Source: Oscillospiraceae bacterium (GTDB lineage: Bacteria > Bacillota > Clostridia > Oscillospirales > Ruminococcaceae). Taken from it: DNA of 27,114 nt. Below the pieces are notes generated by a model that saw nothing but the letters and a program-made list of their open reading frames with translations, was not told where the DNA came from and made no database searches. This document shows, in pieces, positions 1-6,383 of this stretch. The translations under genes were made by a program, and so were the position numbers. Position 1 is the stretch's first letter. Each line of letters starts with the position of its first letter. The DNA is taken from the NCBI GenBank assembly GCA_045545795.1, contig JAZQBN010000050.1, forward strand, positions 1 through 27,114, read 5' to 3'.

Positions 1-132
1 GTTGACACTTTCTAACACGAACGCTTGGTTCTAAGCGAGGTTCGTCAATCCATTACCTTCTTATTATATCAAAATAAGCATAGCCTGTCACCACTGTAGG
101 TCAGCAGTTTGGACTATGCTAATATTATACCA

Positions 133-200
133 AAGCGAGGTAGTTGAATATGACACAGTCTATGATTAAAAACACCAGAATAAATATAATTACCTCGGTG
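133..200 (+). repeat. Left copy of a ~67-bp imperfect direct repeat (RBS-like AAGCGrGGTA, ATGACACArTC, ATGATTAAAA, AGAATAAATA, ATTACCTCGGTG)
   Basis: Aligns by eye at roughly 80% identity with 5615-5681. The two copies bracket the whole 8-gene operon. Confidence 0.7.
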
Positions 201-224
201 GGTTTGAAGCAGCTTTGCGTATAA
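150..224 (+). other. Mini-ORF A (24 codons, MTQSMIKNTRINIITSVGLKQLCV), possible leader peptide
   Basis: ATG lies about 7 nt after a GAGGT. The N-terminus is conserved with mini-ORF B at 5631-5696. A strong intrinsic terminator follows. Coding status is unproven. Confidence 0.25.
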
Positions 225-260
225 GTTTTTGCAGGGCATTGCTGTAATTTTGTATAACGT

Positions 261-299
261 AAGGATACCGAGCGTGGCTTGGTATCCTTTTTTATTTTT
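261..299 (+). terminator. Rho-independent terminator directly abutting the kptA RBS
   Basis: Stem AAGGATACCGAGC / GCTTGGTATCCTT (13 bp including one G-U), 3-nt loop, then TTTTTATTTTT. The GGAG of kptA starts 5 nt later. Confidence 0.8.
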
Positions 300-316
300 A
301 ACAGGAGTTGATACAG

Positions 317-856
317 ATGAAAGAAACAAGTATTTTTTTAAGCCTTATTTTAAGGCACAAGCCCTCTGCGGCTGGCATTACGCTTGACGGGCACGGCTGG
401 GCGAATGTTGATGAACTGATTGACGGTGTAAATGCAACAGGCAGATACACTCTGGATATGGCAAAGCTTGAAGAAATTGTCCGCACTGACAACAAACAGC
501 GTTACAGCTTCAACGAGGACAAGACGCTTATCCGTGCAAATCAGGGGCATTCCGTCCCTGTTGATGTTGAACTGAAAAAGTGCGAGCCGCCCGAGATTCT
601 TTATCACGGCACGGCGGATCGTTTTGTTGACTCGATTATGGCGGAGGGGCTGAAACCGAAAAGCCGTCTTTATGTGCATTTGTCGAAAGACCTTGAAACT
701 GCTGTGACCGTTGGCAAAAGACACGGCAAGCCTTTTGTGTTCAAGGTGAAGTCGGGTGAAATGCATCAGAACGGATTTGAATTTTTCCTATCGGAGAACG
801 GGGTATGGCTGACTAAGGCTGTACCTGCGAAATTTCTTGAAGTGCTTGATAATTGA
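317..856 (+). CDS. kptA: RNA 2'-phosphotransferase, Tpt1/KptA family
   Basis: Alignable by eye along its full length to E. coli KptA: FLSLILRHKP, GWANVDELI, KQRYSF, IRANQGHS, LYHGT, YVHLS, ENGVWLT. I chose the ATG at 317, 9 nt after GGAG, over the TTG at 308 in the ORF track. Confidence 0.93.
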   Translation: MKETSIFLSLILRHKPSAAGITLDGHGWANVDELIDGVNATGRYTLDMAKLEEIVRTDNKQRYSFNEDKTLIRANQGHSVPVDVELKKCEPPEILYHGTADRFVDSIMAEGLKPKSRLYVHLSKDLETAVTVGKRHGKPFVFKVKSGEMHQNGFEFFLSENGVWLTKAVPAKFLEVLDN

Positions 857-874
857 ATAAAAGCGGGGGTAATT

Positions 875-1921
875 ATGAATTACAGAAATGAAAAAATAAT
901 AAATGCGGTTATTGAAAAGGCAGAAAAAATATGCCCTGATTCTTTAGCACTTATAGGAATTTACGGTTCAGTTGCAACGGGTGATGATTATGAAAAATCA
1001 GACCTTGATTTGCTTATACTTATTCAGGATGATAACGGCTGGAAGCTGGGAACAGGCTTTATTCTGGATGACGTCGGGGTTGGTTATGATATCTACTGTA
1101 CGAACTGGGATGGGTTAAGATATGATTCAGCCTGTCATCACGCACACCTTTCAAAGCTGATGGACTCTGAAATTGTATACATTAAAAATCAGGAAGCCTA
1201 CGAAGATTTATGCCGATTAAGAGAGCAGACAAAAGCATTTTTATGTTCAGAGGAACGCTTCGACAGAGTAAATGAACTGATAGAAAAGGCAAAGGTGTCC
1301 TTTGCAAACGCTTGTCTGCACGAAAAAATCGGACAGGTACGAATGGACGTCTGCGAAACCTTGCTGTCACTTCTTGATGCAATAATGCTTTATTACGGGA
1401 CATATTTCAGGCGTGGCGTAAAACGTACTTTTGAAGAGCTTGCTCAATTTCCTCTTGACGGGAATTTCTCCGAAGACATAAGAAAAATATCGGAAAGCAA
1501 GGATGTTACAGAATTGCGTTCCCTTGCAAAATCGCTGATTCTGTATGCTGAAAATTACACATCAAAGGTAAAGGAAAAAGCGATTCCGACAAAGGAATCA
1601 CTTTCGGGAACATACGAAGAAATGTATTCAAACTGGCGAAACAAGGTAGAGGAAGCGGCGGTCAATAATGATACCTACTCATCATTTGTAAATATGTGCT
1701 GTCTGCAATATATGATTTCAGATGTTTCAGCGGATGTGAACATTGGAACTTATGATATTATGGAAGCTTATAACCCTGATTGTCCTGAAGACAATGTCAG
1801 GATTTATGATGAGTTTTTGGCAGACTACGAAAGATTATATAAGGAAGCAGGAATAGCTGTCAATCGCTTTTCTGATGTGGATAAATTTTATGGGGCTTAT
1901 GTCGGGGGAGATGATTTGTAA
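875..1921 (+). CDS. Pol-beta-fold nucleotidyltransferase with KNTase-like helical C-domain and an extra ~100-aa tail
   Basis: GIYGSVATGDDYEKSDLDLLILI matches the GS-x(n)-DxD minimal NTase signature. The following helical region resembles the C-domain of kanamycin nucleotidyltransferase. It sits 18 nt after the kptA stop. Confidence 0.8.
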   Translation: MNYRNEKIINAVIEKAEKICPDSLALIGIYGSVATGDDYEKSDLDLLILIQDDNGWKLGTGFILDDVGVGYDIYCTNWDGLRYDSACHHAHLSKLMDSEIVYIKNQEAYEDLCRLREQTKAFLCSEERFDRVNELIEKAKVSFANACLHEKIGQVRMDVCETLLSLLDAIMLYYGTYFRRGVKRTFEELAQFPLDGNFSEDIRKISESKDVTELRSLAKSLILYAENYTSKVKEKAIPTKESLSGTYEEMYSNWRNKVEEAAVNNDTYSSFVNMCCLQYMISDVSADVNIGTYDIMEAYNPDCPEDNVRIYDEFLADYERLYKEAGIAVNRFSDVDKFYGAYVGGDDL

Positions 1922-1968
1922 AAGTAAGCATTTCTGTTTTATGAAGTATAAATTGAGGTGAAGACAAA

Positions 1969-2820
1969 ATGATTGACATAATTTTATTCCCATCAAGCTA
2001 TTTTTCGGCAAAGCAGGTTGATGAAGCTTTGCAGTATGAATATGATGCGGCACTGGCAACAAGCTTGTTTGAGATTGCCCTGTTTGACTACGATAAATTT
2101 ATCAGCGAGGGTAAACTTATCCTCAACAAGATACCGTCAGAAAAATGCACTGCTGTTATGCGTGGCTGGATGATGAAGCCTGAACAGTACAAACTTTTTT
2201 ATGGGGAGTTGCTGAAAAACAATATTCAGCTTATCACATCTCCCGAAGAATATGAGCTTATGCATATTTTCCCTAACGTTTATGAGCGTTTTGGTACAGA
2301 CACGGCAAAAATGAAGCTGTATCAACTACACACGCAAATTGATGTTGAGGAAGTGAAGAAATCCTTTGACCGACTTATGATTAAGGATTTCGTCAAGTCG
2401 GTAAAGGGCACCGAATTTCCACGCTTTTTTGACTCTTCCGTTACACAGGAACAGTTTGACAAGTGGATGGATGTGTTCTACAAGTATCGTGGTGACCTGC
2501 TCACAGGCGGTATCTGCGTAAAGGAATTCCTTGATTTGAAATTTTACAACGGCAGACCTAACGAATACAGAGTATTTTATGCTAACAACAATATTCTTAC
2601 TGTCAACAGAAATTCAGGTCAGGGCAATTACACAAGTGAGCCGCCTATGGCATTGATTGAAAAATACAAGACCTTACCGAGCTGTTATTACACTGTTGAT
2701 TATGCGGAACTTTCCGACGGAACGTGGCGTGTAATTGAATCAGGCGACGGAAGTGTTTCGGGGTTGTCCGATAATCAGGACGCTGAACAGTATTTCAGGA
2801 GTTTGTATTACGCATTATAA
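1969..2820 (+). CDS. ATP-grasp domain protein (R2K-clade/DUF4343-like)
   Basis: Motifs typical of this ATP-grasp clade as I remember it: IKDFVKSVKG, EYRVFY, VIESGDGSVSGL. The family assignment is from memory, not a search. Confidence 0.6.
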   Translation: MIDIILFPSSYFSAKQVDEALQYEYDAALATSLFEIALFDYDKFISEGKLILNKIPSEKCTAVMRGWMMKPEQYKLFYGELLKNNIQLITSPEEYELMHIFPNVYERFGTDTAKMKLYQLHTQIDVEEVKKSFDRLMIKDFVKSVKGTEFPRFFDSSVTQEQFDKWMDVFYKYRGDLLTGGICVKEFLDLKFYNGRPNEYRVFYANNNILTVNRNSGQGNYTSEPPMALIEKYKTLPSCYYTVDYAELSDGTWRVIESGDGSVSGLSDNQDAEQYFRSLYYAL

Positions 2821-2843
2821 TCTAAAAATGAGGTGAAGACAGA

Positions 2844-3425
2844 ATGATTAAAAACAGAATGATTGAAACTGGAACAGTTGAAATCGGAACGATTTTTTAC
2901 ACCGCCGACCTTCATTTAGGTCACGAAAATGTTATAACCTACTCAAACCGTCCGTTCAGCAGTGCTGCTGAAATGCTGGAATGTATTATCCTTAACTGGA
3001 ATTCCGTTGTGTCGGCTTCTGATGATGTTTACATAATCGGTGATATGTTTTTCAAGATAAGCTCCAAAGAACAGCTTGAAATTCTCCGCCGTTTGAAAGG
3101 CAGAAAGCATCTTATTCTCGGAAATCACGACAAGGGTTTCAACAGCAATATCCGTGACGAATTTGTGGAAATAACCGATTATCTGAAGATTGATGACAAC
3201 GGCAGACGTGTTGTTCTGTCCCACTACCCCATACTTGAATGGGACGGCTATTTCAGGGGTGCATATCACGTTTATGGACACATTCACAACAATTTCGACA
3301 CCCCTGCATATCAGATTATAAAGAACAATCCTGAGCATTTCAGAAATGCTTTTAATGCAGGTGTTGATGTTACCGGGTACACTCCGCGAACACTGAATGA
3401 ACTTATAAGATTGAACAGTAATTAA
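2844..3425 (+). CDS. Metallophosphoesterase (calcineurin-like, short YfcE/AQ1575-type)
   Basis: Ordered metal-binding motifs: DLHLGH, GDMF, GNHD, H..P, GHIHN. GAGGTG RBS lies 8 nt upstream. Confidence 0.85.
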   Translation: MIKNRMIETGTVEIGTIFYTADLHLGHENVITYSNRPFSSAAEMLECIILNWNSVVSASDDVYIIGDMFFKISSKEQLEILRRLKGRKHLILGNHDKGFNSNIRDEFVEITDYLKIDDNGRRVVLSHYPILEWDGYFRGAYHVYGHIHNNFDTPAYQIIKNNPEHFRNAFNAGVDVTGYTPRTLNELIRLNSN

Positions 3426-3462
3426 AGTGTATCAATATGAACCACAAGGAGGTGAACACAGA

Positions 3463-4212
3463 ATGATTGAAAATAAAACGACTGAAACCGAAACAGTTGA
3501 AATCGGAACAGTTGAAATCGGAACAGTTTTTTACACAGGCGATACCCACGGAAAGATACTTAAAATCACAAATGCGATCCGCAATGGTATTCTTACAACG
3601 AATGACACGATAGTAATTCTCGGTGACGCAGGGTTTAATTATTATGGCAACGATCTTGGCGACAAGCGGACAAAGTACAAGCTGAACGAGGTCGGCATTA
3701 CTGTGTTCTGCATTCACGGCAACCACGAAATGCGTCCCGAAACGATACCGACCTACACCACTAAAGAGTGGCACGGCAGCACTGTTTATTACGAGGAAAA
3801 ATATCCGAATATTCTCTTTGCCAAGGACGGCGAGATTTACGACCTTGACGGGCACAAGTCCATTGTTATCGGCGGTGCGTACTCCGTTGACAAGTTTTAT
3901 CGTCTGCGGAACGGCTTTCACTGGTTTGAGGACGAACAGCCTTCGGCTGAAACCAAGGCACGGGTTGAAGCTGTACTTGATGGCTGTAACTGGGAGATTG
4001 ACCAGGTGCTTACTCACACCTGCCCGTATAAATACATTCCTACGGAGGCATTCCTGCCTAGCATTGACCAGAGCACAGTTGACAACAGCACGGAAAAATG
4101 GCTTGACACCATTGAGGACAGGCTGAACTACAAACGTTGGCTTTGCGGACACTGGCATATTGACAAGCATATTGACGATTTGCGGTTTGTTATGGAGGAT
4201 ATTATTGAGTAG
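3463..4212 (+). CDS. Metallophosphoesterase (lambda-PP/Ser-Thr-phosphatase-like subfamily)
   Basis: Motifs GDTHG, LGDAG, HGNHE, GGAYS, THT, GHWH. I chose the ATG at 3463 (GGAGGTG RBS) over 3427. It is divergent from the preceding phosphoesterase except for a shared N-terminal leader. Confidence 0.8.
   Translation: MIENKTTETETVEIGTVEIGTVFYTGDTHGKILKITNAIRNGILTTNDTIVILGDAGFNYYGNDLGDKRTKYKLNEVGITVFCIHGNHEMRPETIPTYTTKEWHGSTVYYEEKYPNILFAKDGEIYDLDGHKSIVIGGAYSVDKFYRLRNGFHWFEDEQPSAETKARVEAVLDGCNWEIDQVLTHTCPYKYIPTEAFLPSIDQSTVDNSTEKWLDTIEDRLNYKRWLCGHWHIDKHIDDLRFVMEDIIE
4186..4208 (+). repeat. 23-bp perfect direct repeat, copy 1 (3' end of the phosphoesterase CDS, encoding FVMEDII)
   Basis: TTTGTTATGGAGGATATTATTGA is identical to 4937-4959. 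Confidence 0.9.
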
Positions 4213-4240
4213 CTGTACTCACGTCTGAAAGGATCAGAAA

Positions 4241-4435
4241 ATGTCACTTAACAAAGCAATAGAACACGGCAAGGAGCACCGCAGACCCTATCGTGGAAGT
4301 AAGGCGGTTGACTACACATGCCGAAATCACGGCGGTTGTGATTGGTGCAGAAATAACCGTATGTACAACGAAAAACGTGAACTTGAGAAAATGAAGTGCA
4401 GGCTTGATGAAAGTGCTGAAATAAGTCAGGAGTAA
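4241..4435 (+). CDS. Small Cys-rich protein (64 aa), function unknown
   Basis: CRNHGGCDWC motif. Resembles small hypothetical proteins I have seen in Firmicutes phage and plasmid contexts. It ends 5 nt before the GNAT start. Confidence 0.6.
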   Translation: MSLNKAIEHGKEHRRPYRGSKAVDYTCRNHGGCDWCRNNRMYNEKRELEKMKCRLDESAEISQE

Positions 4436-4440
4436 CATAA

Positions 4441-4926
4441 ATGAAAAACATTAAAATTATTGCGGTAACTGAGAATGATGCAGAATTTCTGCAAAAGCTT
4501 ATGAATAATAAAGCTGTTATGGCTATTCTGAATGAAGTTCCGACAACTCTTTCTGTTTGGACTGATGCAATTAAAGAGTGGTTGCAGGATACTGACGAGA
4601 AAGATTATATTATCTTTGATGGCACTACACCTATAGGTTGGTTAGGTGTAAACGGACTATCATCAACTGATAAAAAGGCATATATAAAAATGATAGCACT
4701 GCTTCCTCAATATCAGAATTGCGGAATAGGCTCGTTTGTTATAAGGGAAACGATAGAAAGCCTTAAACTGCGTGGGTACAGTCCAATCGGACTTTACACA
4801 GACCAAAGCAACATTCAGGCACAGCAATGCTATTTAAAATGCGGTTTTGATGTCACAGCTGAAACTGAACAAAAAATGTCAAACGGTGTTGTTGTCAAGC
4901 GTTATGTAATGGAGTGTTCGCTTTGA
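4441..4926 (+). CDS. GNAT-family N-acetyltransferase
   Basis: Acetyl-CoA motif A region QYQNCGIGSFVI, C-terminal CYLKCGF, typical 161-aa size. Confidence 0.85.
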   Translation: MKNIKIIAVTENDAEFLQKLMNNKAVMAILNEVPTTLSVWTDAIKEWLQDTDEKDYIIFDGTTPIGWLGVNGLSSTDKKAYIKMIALLPQYQNCGIGSFVIRETIESLKLRGYSPIGLYTDQSNIQAQQCYLKCGFDVTAETEQKMSNGVVVKRYVMECSL

Positions 4927-4936
4927 TAATTTAAGA

Positions 4937-4959
4937 TTTGTTATGGAGGATATTATTGA
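4937..4959 (+). repeat. 23-bp perfect direct repeat, copy 2 (intergenic relic of a phosphoesterase 3' end, reads RFVMEDIID-stop)
   Basis: Identical to 4186-4208. It lies immediately upstream of the ligase-like gene RBS (GAAGGAG). Confidence 0.9.
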
Positions 4960-4977
4960 TTGAAGGAGTGATTATAT

Positions 4978-5553
4978 ATGAAGAAAATGCCTACTTTATT
5001 TGTAAGAGAATTTGAAGCCAATCATAAAATAATTATACACAACGAAGTTACTTCCGGTTGTGAATGGGTGCTTAACGGAGAAGGAATTGCAACCGAAAAA
5101 ATTGATGGTGCTTGCTGTGCTATTTTTGACGGTAGACACTGGCGAAGATATGATGCAAAAAGAGGTAAGCCAATTCCTGAAAATGCTGTTTTATGTCAGC
5201 CTGAAGCTGATGCTGTAACAGAACATCTGCCTTGCTGGGTTCCTGTTACAACAAATTCTGCTGACAAATGGTATCTTGAGGCTTTGCAAAACAGCAATAT
5301 TTCCTTGACGAATGACGGTACTTACGAGGCTGTCGGACCTCATTTCCAGAGCAATCCGTATAATCATGATAAAGATATAATTGTAAAACACGGTTCTATA
5401 ATTTTAGATTTGCCCGATAGGAGCTTTGAAGGTATAAGAGGATTTCTGAATACCCATTATATTGAAGGAATTGTATTCCATCGCGGCAATGGAGAAATGT
5501 GCAAAATAAAGCGAAGTGATTTCGGATTTCCTTGGATGAATTCAAAAAGATAA
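4978..5553 (+). CDS. Minimal covalent nucleotidyltransferase (ATP-dependent RNA/DNA ligase-like, adenylyltransferase domain only)
   Basis: Motif I KIDG with Lys41. Candidate motif IV is EGIVFH and candidate motif V is CKIKRSDF, near the C-terminus. At 191 aa there is no OB or other C-terminal domain. Confidence 0.65.
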   Translation: MKKMPTLFVREFEANHKIIIHNEVTSGCEWVLNGEGIATEKIDGACCAIFDGRHWRRYDAKRGKPIPENAVLCQPEADAVTEHLPCWVPVTTNSADKWYLEALQNSNISLTNDGTYEAVGPHFQSNPYNHDKDIIVKHGSIILDLPDRSFEGIRGFLNTHYIEGIVFHRGNGEMCKIKRSDFGFPWMNSKR

Positions 5554-5614
5554 TAGCAAAATTATGATTTAGTGATTTATAATTTACTAAATCATAATTT
5601 ACTAAAATATAAAT

Positions 5615-5681
5615 AAGCGGGGTAATTAAGATGACACAATCAATGATTAAAACTGAAAACAGAATAAATATTACCTCGGTG
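5615..5681 (+). repeat. Right copy of the ~67-bp imperfect direct repeat
   Basis: See 133-200. It is preceded by an AT-rich hairpin (5563-5596) and a 13-bp tandem ATAATTTACTAAA x2 (5579-5606). Confidence 0.7.
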
Positions 5682-5696
5682 TTATATTGCATTTAA
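5631..5696 (+). other. Mini-ORF B (21 codons, MTQSMIKTENRINITSVLYCI)
   Basis: Paralogous to mini-ORF A (MTQSMIK..RINI.TSV), with a GGGGT RBS-like element upstream. Coding status is unproven. Confidence 0.25.
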
Positions 5697-5706
5697 TATG
5701 CATACA

Positions 5707-5735
5707 TTGTACTTTCATATGAAATATGGTATAAT
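5707..5735 (+). promoter_or_regulatory. Sigma-A-type promoter (TTGTAC-N17-TATAAT with extended TG)
   Basis: TTGTAC at 5707-5712, 17-nt spacer ending in TGG, TATAAT at 5730-5735. It sits 64 nt upstream of the 5799 start. Confidence 0.55.
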
Positions 5736-5798
5736 TGCAGAAAATCTGAAAAGGGTACTGACATAAAATGATAAAATAACTGAACGGAAGGTGAAAGA

Positions 5799-6260
5799 AT
5801 GTTAACTTGTCCACAGCACGGCTGGTCAGAGTTCCGACTTGAAAATACATCAAGATACTCATTAAGCTATTTGGATGATATTGCATTTGAATGGCTTCAA
5901 CAAGCTATACACGGCTTGGAAAATTTATATCCTTTTTGCGTGAAGGGCAACCTTGAACCTGACAGGTTTTTATGTGTTGTCAGTCATTGGCATTGTCACA
6001 TAATTATAGAAAATGATGATAGGTGTCCTTTGGGCAAAGACGAAATTATCCACGAGTTTTCTGATACAAATATGCTTGATTTCTGCAGATATCTGTATGA
6101 GGATATAAGCAAAAATATAAATGAATGGGCTTCATTTGTTAGTTACAATAATGAAAATACAGAGGTAAAATTTCAGGAACTTACAAATCTGCTGGAGAAA
6201 TTACGTCTTCTGATTATCTCTAAAGAAGAATATTTTGGGAAGGATCGCGGATTTACTTAA
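5799..6260 (+). CDS. Hypothetical protein (153 aa), no recognisable domain
   Basis: Clean ORF with a GAAGGTGA RBS and a Cys/His/Trp-rich N-half (HWHCH). I recognise no family. Confidence 0.6.
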   Translation: MLTCPQHGWSEFRLENTSRYSLSYLDDIAFEWLQQAIHGLENLYPFCVKGNLEPDRFLCVVSHWHCHIIIENDDRCPLGKDEIIHEFSDTNMLDFCRYLYEDISKNINEWASFVSYNNENTEVKFQELTNLLEKLRLLIISKEEYFGKDRGFT

Positions 6261-6322
6261 GACTGATTTTAATACAACCACACTCCAATAGAAGCAATAA
6301 AATTATGTATGCTTAATTTCAA

Positions 6323-6351
6323 TTGCTAAAACCACTTCCCTATGCTATACT
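6323..6351 (+). promoter_or_regulatory. Sigma-A-type promoter (TTGCTA-N17-TATACT)
   Basis: Hexamers at 6323-6328 and 6346-6351 with exact 17-nt spacing, 33 nt upstream of the helicase ATG. Confidence 0.55.
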
Positions 6352-6383
6352 TATTACATACTACTGACAAGGGAGTGTTACAA

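Noticed and set aside
1-130. Promoter for the leader/kptA operon (TTGACA at 2-7, and TGCTAATAT at 116-124).
   Set aside because: Neither candidate has a convincing partner hexamer at 16-18-nt spacing. The real promoter may lie upstream of the window.
350-766. 138-aa ORF antisense to kptA. Similar long antisense ORFs occur at 3403-4170, 6675-7360, 8936-9469, 11456-12298, 21801-22271, 23849-24283 and 25931-26272.
   Set aside because: Each lies entirely within, and opposite to, a gene with clear family motifs and a good RBS. They lack RBSs and recognisable motifs. I read them as shadow ORFs.
875-1921. Calling the nucleotidyltransferase an aminoglycoside (ANT-type) resistance gene, and the GNAT at 4441-4926 an AAC.
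   Set aside because: The architecture resembles KNTase, but I cannot establish orthology or substrate from the sequence by eye. The operon context points elsewhere. I kept these as generic NTase and GNAT.
5563-5596. Hairpin TATGATTTAGT-N12-ACTAAATCATA as the terminator of the KptA operon.
   Set aside because: The stem is almost entirely A-T and has no following T-tract, so I cannot support it as an intrinsic terminator. I note it only as an inverted repeat next to the right boundary repeat.
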